Below are positions 47,246 to 56,584 of a DNA stretch of 64,000 nucleotides, piece after piece. Numbering within the stretch: the first letter of the stretch is position 1; the number at the start of each line of letters is the position of its first letter. Below the pieces are notes generated by a model. That model saw nothing but the letters and a program-made list of their open reading frames with translations. It was not told where the DNA came from and did no database searches. Source of the stretch: a virus (lineage: Duplodnaviria > Caudoviricetes). The stretch is from IMG/VR virus record IMGVR_UViG_3300037418_001409, positions 5,079-69,078 of that record, one strand, 5' to 3'. The position numbers were made by a program, and so were the translations under genes.

Positions 47246-47902
47246 TTAAGCCGCGCGAAGCAGGCACGTCCCGCAAGCCTGAGCGATGTTGAGTTGGCCA
47301 ATCTCCGGGGCGCGACGCGATACCTCTATCAGTTTGGCTGTTTCGCCCGCTCCGATGCCATACCGCCTGACGATGCCAACGAATTCCTCGACATCGTGCG
47401 ATCGGATGCCCAGCTTCGGCGCACCGTCTTTGGTGAACGCCGGAGCGCCGAACTCATTGGCTTTCTGCCCTATGTGATAAAGCTCATGCTCGACCAAAGC
47501 GCACCACTCGATGTCAGAGCACTCCAGCGCGTACTGGGCGTCAAACGTAATGAGGTAGTCCGGGACGCGCCCGAACCACTCCTCCATCTGTTGCTCTTGC
47601 CGCCCTTTCTGCCAAGCCCCGCATCGAAACGTGACTTCCTCACATTGGCCGACGACGCGGCGCATTTGTCTCGAGTTCTCTTGATTCGCCCACATATAGG
47701 CGATGTCTGCCTCGCGGAGATGCTGATGATCTTCGTTGTGGAGGGGCGAGCCCTCGCGCATAAGGCAAGCCTCTACCCACTCGGCAACACCATCAGCGGG
47801 AACAAACCGACGAAACCAGTTCTCTGCGGCAAACAACGATTCTGGTGGGCGAGGGCGGTTAGCGAAAGGCTCTAACTCAGGATTGGCTTTCTTGCGAGTC
47901 AT
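47246..47902 (-). CDS. Putative phage metallopeptidase
   Basis: HELYH (HEXXH) and HDVEEF. Confidence 0.75.
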   Translation of the reverse strand: MTRKKANPELEPFANRPRPPESLFAAENWFRRFVPADGVAEWVEACLMREGSPLHNEDHQHLREADIAYMWANQENSRQMRRVVGQCEEVTFRCGAWQKGRQEQQMEEWFGRVPDYLITFDAQYALECSDIEWCALVEHELYHIGQKANEFGAPAFTKDGAPKLGIRSHDVEEFVGIVRRYGIGAGETAKLIEVSRRAPEIGQLNIAQACGTCLLRAA

Positions 47903-47941
47903 TCCTTTTTATCCGCGCGGTGCCCCAATTCAATTCCATTC

Positions 47942-48301
47942 TCAGTTTATCCGCCAAACCGGAATAGCGCCCTCGTCCACATTCTGGCCGTTCGGATACT
48001 GCGCTGCATGCGCGGGTAGGCTCGTCGCATTCCAGACCGGTATTGCGCCAGTGTTGACCCCTTGGTCGTTCGAGAATGGCCCGTTGCCTACAGGAGCGCT
48101 CTCTACCCGCACCGGGATTGCGCCACCAGCCTTTGATTGGTCATTCGGCCACGGACCGGAGCTCGGCTGGGTGACGAACACAACCGGAATCGCTCCATTG
48201 GCGTTGCTCTGCGAATTCGGCCACGGGCCAGCGGTAGGCTGCGCCACGATGTAGACCGGAATGACGCCAGCAGCAACGTTCTGTGCGTTCGGATAGCTCA
48301 T
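47942..48301 (-). CDS. Small tandem-repeat protein (5 x about 24 aa)
   Basis: Repeated (W/F/Y)PN.Q....GAIPV unit. Confidence 0.75.
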   Translation of the reverse strand: MSYPNAQNVAAGVIPVYIVAQPTAGPWPNSQSNANGAIPVVFVTQPSSGPWPNDQSKAGGAIPVRVESAPVGNGPFSNDQGVNTGAIPVWNATSLPAHAAQYPNGQNVDEGAIPVWRIN

Positions 48302-48399
48302 ATCGGACTATGAATTGGTGCCGCCCACCATGGCGGCAGCCACGCCCCGTTGCGGGACGGGCGGGGAGACACGGCTACGACGAGCCGCGGCGGGAAAAC

Positions 48400-48486
48400 T
48401 GGTGGATGGCCCTGGATTCGAACCAGGAAGGTCGCAACAACGGATTTACAGTCCGCCCCCGATACCAGTTACGGGACTATCCATCC
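48400..48486 (-). tRNA. tRNA-Tyr(GTA)
   Basis: Minus strand: GCGGA-CTGTAAA-TCCGT anticodon arm, long variable arm, CCTGG-TTCGAAT-CCAGG T-arm, encoded ACCA. One mismatch at acceptor pair 7. Confidence 0.85.
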
Positions 48487-48721
48487 AAAACAGCCCGACC
48501 GAAATCGGGCAATCCATGCCATTCAGGCCTGGAGGAGATTGGTTGAGAGTGGCCAATCGCTTTCTTGGCTATGGGCCAAGCGCGCTTTGGCTGTCACCCT
48601 CATGGATGCGCCTCTCATCCTAGTATCGGCGGAAAGCACCCCAAATCGACGGGGCGGAGACGCATGCGTGAAGGCGCTGGCTTCGAACCAGCTTGCCGGC
48701 CTGCGTACCGGAGCTTTCCCC

Positions 48722-48794
48722 TGGCGGGCAGCGAAGGAATCGAACCTCTCCCGGCGCGGATTTGGAATCCGGCCCACGCCCTGCGTTACCACCC
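48722..48794 (-). tRNA. tRNA-Trp(CCA)-like, degenerate
   Basis: CGGA-TTCCAAA-TCCG anticodon arm, GGTTCGATTCC T-loop, GCCA end; several G-U pairs and mismatches. Confidence 0.6.
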
Positions 48795-48930
48795 TCACGG
48801 CTGCCGCCCCTTAGGGTTGTGACGCATCACCGGCAGCAGTGAGAAGACTGGTTACGCCAGTCAGGCGGCGGCACGCTAATTTTCTCCGCCCGTCATCGCA
48901 GTTAAGGATTGCGGCTCCTGAGTGAATTAC

Positions 48931-49022
48931 CCTCACGTCATGGCAGCCGGTGCTGCTAACTCCGGCCCGCTGGGGTTTTGGCCCCATGCTCTCTCAGACT
49001 CTGAGCTATGCCATGCGTGAGG
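48931..49022 (-). ncRNA. tRNA-like cloverleaf structured RNA with a non-canonical T-arm
   Basis: 14-bp closing stem, TAGCTCAG..GAGC D-like arm, TGGGG/CCCCA arm, GCCGG/CCGGC arm. Confidence 0.5.
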
Positions 49023-49224
49023 CGGCTCACTTTCGAGAGCCACTCGGCGCAAAGCAACTGCTCACCAGTTGATCCATTTGCGTCGTTCAAGGCTCGACGC
49101 ATCCTCTTAACCTGGTCTCTGCTCCCGGTATGCTCGTGCCGGTAACGGGTTCCGGCAGCCGCCCTATCTCTGCGGCCGATTTTGCTAGGCGAAGCCTAGG
49201 CTAAGCCCCTCGCGGGGATACTCG

Positions 49225-50391
49225 TTACGCAGTCTCAATCATTCCTACATCGACGCGATGGCGTTCGATTTCACCGTGCTCACAATGATGAACGATACAC
49301 AGCATATCGCGGCCAGCGCGATAACCGTGTCCAGCCGCATAAGCATCCTGCGCAGCAAGCGTGCGGAATGATTCACAGACGACGCCAGGCAATTCCGTTA
49401 CTGTCTTCGAGTGGATGTGGCCGGTGTACCAGACGCGATGCTTCGTGGCACCCCAGTCTTGCGGTCGATCAGCAGCCATAATACCTCCAAGCTTTTCATG
49501 CTTGGTCGTATCACCGTGCGTAGAGCCGATCAGCACCTTGCCGAAGCGGAAGTACCAGTGTTTTGCCGGCCCGAGATCCACCTCGACGCGCGGCTCATTC
49601 GAAAAGTACGCGGCCAGCGTAAAGGCGAGGGACCAAATCGCGTGTGGATCGTGATTGCCCGGAATGGCTTTCACAATCACTCGCCTGTGCTTCTCAAGCG
49701 CCCGCAGGATCGCGTGCCGGTAGGTTTCTATACCTACCTGAAGCACTTTCACGAAGCGCGAATCGACATCGAGCTGATGACGATGGGCTGGCGTCTGGTT
49801 GGTCTGGTCGTCCATATGGAAGACGTCGCCAAGCAGAAGCAAGATCGCCGTGGCGGCGGCCGGTGCGCTCGAAACGAGCCGATCGACCGCGCCGAGCGTT
49901 AGCTTGCGCCCGATGTCCAGGTCAAAGTCATCGCCACACTCTTTGGCCCAAACGTAGAGCCCGACATGAGGATCGCCGAATGGATAAACTGCCAACAAAT
50001 CAGCGTTGGCTTGATCGGGCGGCTTCGCCAGTGGCGCGAGCCCCTGAACCTCCGTAGAAAGCGCTGCGATTGTCTCGCGTACGATCTGCTCTGTCCGCTC
50101 TCTGTCCTCAGCGGATTTTACCCACTGTCCGCGAACCTTTCCGTCAACATCGTAATACGTCGAAACACCGCGCACCTTGAACCCATCGGGTACAACGTGC
50201 TTCATGTCGTGGGATGGCGAATATCCCATCTTCGCGGCCCGTCGCCGCAAATTAGCAATTGCACCTCCAACGGTGCCGCGAGATAGGCCAAGCGCTTTCG
50301 CGGCCTTTCTCTCCGAGCCATGCTTGGCGATGGCGTCGATTATCTCTAGCATCCTCGGCGTCGCGAAAGATCGCAGATTGTCATCGATCAT
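49225..50391 (-). CDS. HTH plus calcineurin-like metallophosphoesterase
   Basis: GDPHVG, GDVFH, GNHD, HGD and GHIH motifs; N-terminal GSERKAAKALG HTH. Confidence 0.8.
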   Translation of the reverse strand: MIDDNLRSFATPRMLEIIDAIAKHGSERKAAKALGLSRGTVGGAIANLRRRAAKMGYSPSHDMKHVVPDGFKVRGVSTYYDVDGKVRGQWVKSAEDRERTEQIVRETIAALSTEVQGLAPLAKPPDQANADLLAVYPFGDPHVGLYVWAKECGDDFDLDIGRKLTLGAVDRLVSSAPAAATAILLLLGDVFHMDDQTNQTPAHRHQLDVDSRFVKVLQVGIETYRHAILRALEKHRRVIVKAIPGNHDPHAIWSLAFTLAAYFSNEPRVEVDLGPAKHWYFRFGKVLIGSTHGDTTKHEKLGGIMAADRPQDWGATKHRVWYTGHIHSKTVTELPGVVCESFRTLAAQDAYAAGHGYRAGRDMLCIVHHCEHGEIERHRVDVGMIETA

Positions 50392-50397
50392 ATTCGC

Positions 50398-50616
50398 TCA
50401 GGAGTTAAGAGGTGCCTTGAATTCTCCGCACCAATGGTCGGGGTTGACTTCGGGGTTTTGCGCGGATGATGTGCCCGTCTGATAATCGTAGACAAAGACA
50501 GGTGGGAATCGGAAGCAGCGAAGCCCGTCGCCCCGCTTGATGTCCGCGAACCGGCATTCTCGGCAGATTTCCGTACGCTCGGCGACGACCTCGACCTTCT
50601 TCTTGGGCGTCGCCAT
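50398..50616 (-). CDS. Small Cys-rich hypothetical protein
   Basis: CREC..CFRFPP..WCGEF. Confidence 0.6.
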   Translation of the reverse strand: MATPKKKVEVVAERTEICRECRFADIKRGDGLRCFRFPPVFVYDYQTGTSSAQNPEVNPDHWCGEFKAPLNS

Positions 50617-50617
50617 T

Positions 50618-50815
50618 TCAGTGCCTTACCGAAAATGCCGCTTCTGCGGCCTCAGCGGGCGTCAGGCCAGCTTCGTAGTACCCGGTCATCCGCTCGCACA
50701 TAGCGTCACTCGCGCGCCAGGGAGGAACGATATAGCCAGCCCGAACGGCCTCGTCGAACGCGACCATGGTCCACGATGTCAACTTCTCGCGCTCGGCGTC
50801 GGAAACGGTGCTCAT
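50618..50815 (-). CDS. Small hypothetical protein
   Basis: GAGG RBS; tandem arrangement. Confidence 0.5.
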   Translation of the reverse strand: MSTVSDAEREKLTSWTMVAFDEAVRAGYIVPPWRASDAMCERMTGYYEAGLTPAEAAEAAFSVRH

Positions 50816-51117
50816 GCAATCCTCAGGTCGTAACGACTGCTGCTGGCGCCTCCCGGCGAGCAGTCTGATAACAATCGCTACGCCTCAAGATTCCGCGGCG
50901 GTAGATCAAGCAATGCTTCCGCCTTCGCGCGAGCCTCCGACCATTCGCCCTCAGCACGCGGTTTGAGCGTTAGAGTAGGGCGCTTGGCTTGGGACCGCTC
51001 TTGCGCTTGTCGCTTCGCCCGATTCGCTTCCTCGGATTGCCGCGCGGAAACGACTTCCATCGGGTCGCGGTAGAAACGCGACTCGAGAGGTTCGGGGAAT
51101 TTCATGAGAGCGGAAAG

Positions 51118-51153
51118 AAAAAAAGCCCCGCGAGCGGCTAGCTGGCAGGGCTT
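51118..51153 (-). terminator. tR'-like terminator after the late promoter
   Basis: AAGCCC...GGGGC followed by a T7 run on the minus strand. Confidence 0.65.
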
Positions 51154-51271
51154 GAGAATTCTTAGGGACGACAACGCCCATCTGCTGGCATTGGGGACCC
51201 TTTCGGGCATCCGCCTAACGCGCTTTGTTTTGCGCGCTACTCCTAAATCGGATTTCGACAGACTCAGGAAT

Positions 51272-51300
51272 AGTATATACGCAATTTGTGTGGTTTACAA
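51272..51300 (-). promoter_or_regulatory. pR'-like late promoter
   Basis: TTGTAA-N17-TATACT overlapping the Q stop codon. Confidence 0.75.
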
Positions 51301-51825
51301 CATCTCCTGTTCGGGCCTGAGCAATTCCCTGACTTTACCGCCCGTAGCCGCCGCAGCCCCAGTGAGACAGCCCATCACCGCATCGAAGTTCTTCTGATGT
51401 CCCACATTCCAGACGCCGCTGAGGCCGCAGTTGTTTGAACGCTCCCAATCGGAGTATGTCTTCAACCCACTGCCGCCGCATTTCGTGCATTTGAGCGCCC
51501 GCGACGGAGTGCCGGGGTGAGCCAGTAAGCCAGTTCCCTCGCAATGCGAACATGTGTCGTCGTTCCATTCCTGCATCACGCCGATAACCAAGCCGAATAG
51601 GTAGCTGGTCTTGGGCCGCTTGATGCGCTCTTCTGCCTTATCAGCGAGCAGATAGAGAGCCTTTTTAAAGGCCGCTTGATCGCGCAGGTACTTGAAGCGC
51701 CACAACGCAGCCCCGAGCGCATCGGACATACCGAATGCAGTCAATCGATCGATGGCGCGCTCAAAGTCAGCATGCCAAGCCAAATTCGATGACAGCATTG
51801 CGCTCACAATCTTTTCACGAACCAT
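51295..51825 (-). CDS. Q: Late antiterminator Q-like protein
   Basis: CSHCEGTG..CTKCGGSG zinc finger; last nin-region gene, followed by a promoter and terminator. Confidence 0.7.
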   Translation of the reverse strand: MVREKIVSAMLSSNLAWHADFERAIDRLTAFGMSDALGAALWRFKYLRDQAAFKKALYLLADKAEERIKRPKTSYLFGLVIGVMQEWNDDTCSHCEGTGLLAHPGTPSRALKCTKCGGSGLKTYSDWERSNNCGLSGVWNVGHQKNFDAVMGCLTGAAAATGGKVRELLRPEQEML

Positions 51826-51905
51826 CGCGAACTCCCTAAAAGTCGCTCAGCTATTTTAACATGGTTAGGACTACTTATTAACTACAGAGCGCGCATAACT
51901 CGGCA

Positions 51906-52118
51906 TTACTCATCCTCAAATCCAGTCAGGTTTAGCCAGCGATAATCGACGCGCCCGGCTTCAGGTTCTGGCTTCTCGAATGCCTGCGCGATGTCCCAGT
52001 CGGTCACTATCGACGCCGAGGCATCCTCGTCTCTCGGTTGCCCCGTCGCCCCACGCACAAGCAAGATGACGATGGCCGCGATTGCGAAGATGACGACGAA
52101 GAAGGCGGCGGCGATCAT
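51906..52118 (-). CDS. Small membrane protein
   Basis: N-terminal TM segment. Confidence 0.55.
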   Translation of the reverse strand: MIAAAFFVVIFAIAAIVILLVRGATGQPRDEDASASIVTDWDIAQAFEKPEPEAGRVDYRWLNLTGFEDE

Positions 52119-52846
52119 GCTTCACTCCAATCGATCTTCTGCGGCGCGGCCGGCGTCATCTCTAAGGTCGCCAGGTTGATGAAAGTGAAATGGCCTTCTC
52201 GCGTCCAACCTCCCGTGTCTATGTGGTAGACATTTCCTAGTACGGCGGGGCGGCGTATAGGGGTATGGCCGACGATGACCGCTCGGACGTCTGAAACACC
52301 AGATTGATCTTCGGTCTGGATGCGGTCACGGCACCAAAGGCAATCATTTGTGATCTCCTTGAGATTGTTGTTGCTGGTGACGCTGGCGAATTTCTCAACC
52401 ATCTCCACCCACGTCTTGCCGGCGACATCAGCATGAACGATTCCGATCAGGCCTTCGGCCGTTTCAACCTCGATGGCGTACGGAAGATCGGCCAGCCCGA
52501 TTGCGTATTCCTGCTGCTCTGGAGGCGTCTTGCCGATCAGCCATGCACCACCGTTTGCGGCGTAGTGGTAGGCGTCTCGATTACCTGGCGTGACATACCT
52601 AATCGCCATATCTTCATGATTGCCCTGGACTGCGTGAAACCACGGCTTTTCGATGAACTCCAGCGCTCGCTCCGACTCCGGACCGCGGTCGACTAGATCG
52701 CCGACGCTGAACAGCCGGTCGCGCGATTCGTCGAATTCGATGGACTCAAGAGCTCGCTCGAGTCGGCCGAAGTGGCCATGGATGTCGCCGACCGCGAAAT
52801 CGGTACCACTCGTGTTGCGCTCGAAACGATGGACAAATTGGCTCAT
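52115..52846 (-). CDS. ninI: Ser/Thr protein phosphatase (lambda NinI-like)
   Basis: GDIHG, GDLVDRGPES, GNHE and VGHTP motifs. Confidence 0.9.
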   Translation of the reverse strand: MSQFVHRFERNTSGTDFAVGDIHGHFGRLERALESIEFDESRDRLFSVGDLVDRGPESERALEFIEKPWFHAVQGNHEDMAIRYVTPGNRDAYHYAANGGAWLIGKTPPEQQEYAIGLADLPYAIEVETAEGLIGIVHADVAGKTWVEMVEKFASVTSNNNLKEITNDCLWCRDRIQTEDQSGVSDVRAVIVGHTPIRRPAVLGNVYHIDTGGWTREGHFTFINLATLEMTPAAPQKIDWSEA

Positions 52847-53008
52847 GCCCGTAACTCCTCGCCGATCGAAAACAGTTTGAGAAGGATCGCTGAGAGTAGG
52901 GCGACGATGGCTTGATCGTGCTTGCCTACCGCGCTGCAAAATATGGCCCCCGCTAAATCCAGTGCCACCAAAATGTGGAAAAAGGTCTTCGTCATCTGGT
53001 TAGCCCCA

Positions 53009-53392
53009 TTATTTTTGAATTCGGCCGCCGGCTTCCAGAATCGGCAAGCCAGCCTCAGTCGGGACATATATCGTTTCCCCGTCTCGGTCTTCCATCATCT
53101 TGATCCATTGCCACTTCAGGTACAGGTCGTGCTTCGTCAATTGATCGCCGATGCAATGAATCTGCAATGCCACTGCCTCAGCCTCGACCACTGCGGCTTG
53201 CTTGTTCAATTGGGCCGCGTCAAGCCGCCCCTGAGCCTCTGCCACCTGAATCTGCTGCTCGTTTTTGGCCCACTGCAGATCGGCCAATCCGGCTTGGTGG
53301 CTGGCCCAAACCCGCCAGTGGGGATAGCCGAATAAAATCCAGAACAAGACGAACGCCAGAACAAACGCACCAATCCAAAAAATCGCTTCCAT
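53009..53392 (-). CDS. Membrane-anchored coiled-coil protein
   Basis: N-terminal TM segment; YVPTEAGLPILEA. Confidence 0.6.
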   Translation of the reverse strand: MEAIFWIGAFVLAFVLFWILFGYPHWRVWASHQAGLADLQWAKNEQQIQVAEAQGRLDAAQLNKQAAVVEAEAVALQIHCIGDQLTKHDLYLKWQWIKMMEDRDGETIYVPTEAGLPILEAGGRIQK

Positions 53393-53552
53393 TACACGTC
53401 CTCCAAAAACACAGCCTTGAACCCCTGCATAGCAGCCCATTTTTCGGCTACAGCAGAGTCTTTGAATATCTTGATCTCGCCGTCCTCCCATACACAGAAC
53501 ACGTAGGTACGGCGTTGCATCCAGCGGCGGAATTCTAGGGTTGGGATTTTTA

Positions 53553-54158
53553 TCATGCTGCGTCCTTCCGTTTTTCGATCCGTTTCTCCAACCTGCGAGC
53601 CTTTTTGTTCATGACCTTCTTGAGCCGTTGCAAGTACTCAACGGACCATTTGGCCGTCCACTGCATGGATTCGATTTCCTCGACACGCCCGATCGTGATT
53701 CGCTCAATAAGGTTTTTTCGGTATTCGACCGTGTTCGATCCGAGATCGCGATTGCACCGCTTGCATTGGAGGTGAATGTTCGGCAGGAAAAAGCGCATGT
53801 GTGGCGCACTGCCGACAGAGCGAAAGTGGCCGGCATCCATCGCACCACCGAAGCGCTCTTTAGGCTTCGCGTGGCACGATATACACCCATGCCCAGCTAG
53901 AATGTCACGCAGTCTCGCCACCTTGTTGACGACAGCCTGGCACTCAGCAATCCACTCGCGTCGCGTCTTGAGCTTCGTTTTTCGTTCGGCCAGAGACTTC
54001 CGCTCATCCCGCTTCGCTCGAGCCTCTTTCTGTGCGCGTTGCTTCGCTGCGAATTCGGTAGCGCATGCCGGCGAGCAAACGGATTGAAGGGAGCGCGCTG
54101 GCGAGAATGTCACTTTGCATTGCCGGCAGCGGCGAGGCTTTAGGGATGCACGAATCAA
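53553..54158 (-). CDS. ninG: NinG/Rap recombination endonuclease
   Basis: CRQC..CSPAC, CISC, DAGHFRSVG and NIHLQCKRCN. Confidence 0.9.
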   Translation of the reverse strand: MIRASLKPRRCRQCKVTFSPARSLQSVCSPACATEFAAKQRAQKEARAKRDERKSLAERKTKLKTRREWIAECQAVVNKVARLRDILAGHGCISCHAKPKERFGGAMDAGHFRSVGSAPHMRFFLPNIHLQCKRCNRDLGSNTVEYRKNLIERITIGRVEEIESMQWTAKWSVEYLQRLKKVMNKKARRLEKRIEKRKDAA

Positions 54159-54580
54159 TTTTCGAACTCCACACCCAATTCGGTTGTTGCGTAAGCCTCA
54201 ACCTCATTGATGAATTTCGTCATTCGCTTAAGACTGATATGACCGCGCGCCACCGAACTGCGTTTCAAGATGATTTCTCCGCTTGGCGTGGTGATTTCGC
54301 GAGTCGGCAGAAACATTTTTGCTAGTTCCTCGTGCCAAGCGTCCTTATCGAATTGTCGACCTTCGATCCATGCCTGCTCGGATATCGTCTTGATTACCAC
54401 GCCGAAGTAGTAGCGGATCTGTTCGTCGAGCCGATCGACTTCTTCCTCGGTGACGATCACGCGTAGAGGCGTACCTCTTTCAGCAAATGCCTTCGCATTG
54501 GATTTCACGAAAGCGACGAGCGAAGACCAGACGCCGCCGTCGCGTAGAGTGAACTCGCGGTAGAGGGCGGCTTCGCTCAT
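54155..54580 (-). CDS. ninB: NinB/Orf recombination protein
   Basis: QIRYYFG..I..I...WHEEL...MTKFINEVEAYA. Confidence 0.75.
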   Translation of the reverse strand: MSEAALYREFTLRDGGVWSSLVAFVKSNAKAFAERGTPLRVIVTEEEVDRLDEQIRYYFGVVIKTISEQAWIEGRQFDKDAWHEELAKMFLPTREITTPSGEIILKRSSVARGHISLKRMTKFINEVEAYATTELGVEFEN

Positions 54581-55392
54581 GCCGTCAACTCCTCGCGCGT
54601 ATCTTCGTCGACTGGAAGGCCGTCGAGGGGGCGAAGATACTCGTCGAGCACCTGTGCGGCGCCGAAGACAATGTTTCCTCGCATCGTGACGACAAAGCCG
54701 CGGAATTTCACCATCCACCATGGATGGCCGTTTTGACCTTCTCTAACCACCTCGACTATCATGCCGTTTTGCTCGGGCCTCGAAGAGCCGACGACGTACG
54801 CGAGATCACCAACTTTGCATCGAGTTTTCATGCCGAACTCCGATTGCTTTCCGCGATCTGCCGCGCATCCATCTCGCGGGCGGCGTGTTCGGTCAGTTGT
54901 TGCTCCAAGTCACGAATTGCACTGGCCGCCTCACGCATGATCTTTGCCTGCGAATAATGTCCAGCGATCTTTTGCGGATGGAGCAAGGTCGCAAAACTGT
55001 CGAGGCGGTCTGCCAATTGCAAATATCCCTTCATGCCGCAACCCTCGCATCCTGATTGCGCACTTCCCGAACGCATCCCGGAACCGGCGCATCTTCCTGG
55101 CGATGCTTGTCGCAATAGTCCCGGCCTTTGTTCGTCCAATGAGCCTTGACGCGCGGGCCGATGCACTCGCAGCAGTAGCGATGACCGCCTGCTTTGACCA
55201 TATCCTTCGTGATCCGCTTCATGCTGCACCTCGGAACTCAGCAGTTGCGACAGACATCAAGGCATCGACCGCGCTTTCGAGCTCGTAGAGCGCATGCATC
55301 GATTCCGCGGTTCGAAATCCCTTGGCGGATAGCTCTTCGATCCGCCGGTGAATGTTCCCAATCTTTACGACAAGCTCCGCACTGTTGCTCAT
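54577..55392 (-). CDS. Run of four small coupled hypothetical ORFs (54577-54831, 54828-55034, 55031-55222, 55219-55392)
   Basis: Each pair is joined by an ATGA overlap. Confidence 0.55.
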
Positions 55393-56105
55393 GCTGCCCT
55401 CCGTCCAGTTTTTTCCCACTCATCAACATCCATGCTTTGCTGAAAGATGCGCACAGGTGCAACTACTGTGATCGGTTGAACGAAGCCGGCCGCCGTCGCG
55501 AAAGGATTTGAGATTTTTCTTCCCACGCGAGACTTGGACGATCGGAACGGCTTCGGCGCATCAGGACGTCCATCCGACAACCCGATCAAAGGGGTCCATC
55601 TCCCCGTGTGACGAGGGGGAAGATAGTCAGCAATTCGCAGGTTCGACGCGTTCGTTTCGCGTAACTTCGCAACCGCCGATTCGGTGATATGCAAAGCCTC
55701 AGCGATTTGCGACTGAGTGAGAGGACCTCGAGCCTCGAGGAGAGCCCGCATGCGCTCCCAGCCAGGATGGAAGTGAACCAAGCCATATGTCGGCCGTTTC
55801 AATCCCAAATCCGCCGCTCGCTTGTGTATTGAGATCATCGTGTGAGGAGCCAAATGCGACACGATTTCCCGAATCGGCATCGTCGTCGGGTAGATCTCCT
55901 TCAACAGCTTGATTTCGTGCGTCTTCCATTGCTCACGGCCGGCGCGCCGGAGATTCAAGGCGTTTGCTTGAGCTCCGATTGCTTGGCGGCTTCGTCGGGG
56001 CAAAGCTGCGAGCAGGTCTTCCCACGATCCATAGACATACATTGATCGAATGATCGCGTTTTCCTCGGGTGTCCAAGCCGCCCCCGTTCTTCCGTTCTTG
56101 TTCAT
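55389..56105 (-). CDS. Protein with two Myb/SANT-like HTH repeats plus an HTH
   Basis: WTPEE..I...Y..RS..AI...A..L and WK..E..LL...Y...I...A..LGL; LTQSQIAEAL. Confidence 0.6.
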   Translation of the reverse strand: MNKNGRTGAAWTPEENAIIRSMYVYGSWEDLLAALPRRSRQAIGAQANALNLRRAGREQWKTHEIKLLKEIYPTTMPIREIVSHLAPHTMISIHKRAADLGLKRPTYGLVHFHPGWERMRALLEARGPLTQSQIAEALHITESAVAKLRETNASNLRIADYLPPRHTGRWTPLIGLSDGRPDAPKPFRSSKSRVGRKISNPFATAAGFVQPITVVAPVRIFQQSMDVDEWEKTGRRAA

Positions 56106-56584
56106 GCCACCTCCATCTCAGACGAATAGAAATGCCCTTCGCGCACGCGTTCACCGAGTGCGACCAGTGCCGCCCGAATCTCGGATCGCGTAGCAAGCGC
56201 GCACTGCTGATCGTGGATTGCGAGGGCCGTTCGCGTGGCGTTGATGCCATCACCATCGAAACTCCATTGACCGGTTTCCTGGGCGCGGTAGTTCGCGCGC
56301 ATCAGGGCCTGCATTGCCGCCTTGATCTCTGGGATGAACTCGGCACCGTAATCCATCTCCGCGAGCATCAATGCGACGTTCATAGAACCGGCGAGGATGA
56401 ACCACGCATCCTGATCGCCGCCGCGGAGCATTTTTTCGAAGGCAACGTGGTATTGCAGACCAAGATCGCGCTGCTGGTCTTCGGTCAGCGGCTTTCTATC
56501 GACTCGGACTTCATGCGCGGCCACTGTGCGGCGCAGCCAGCGGCCGGGTTGATACTTTCTGCGGGGTTTTTGGGACTTGCTCAT
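56102..56584 (-). CDS. Hypothetical phage protein
   Basis: Coupled downstream of dnaB. Confidence 0.6.
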   Translation of the reverse strand: MSKSQKPRRKYQPGRWLRRTVAAHEVRVDRKPLTEDQQRDLGLQYHVAFEKMLRGGDQDAWFILAGSMNVALMLAEMDYGAEFIPEIKAAMQALMRANYRAQETGQWSFDGDGINATRTALAIHDQQCALATRSEIRAALVALGERVREGHFYSSEMEVA

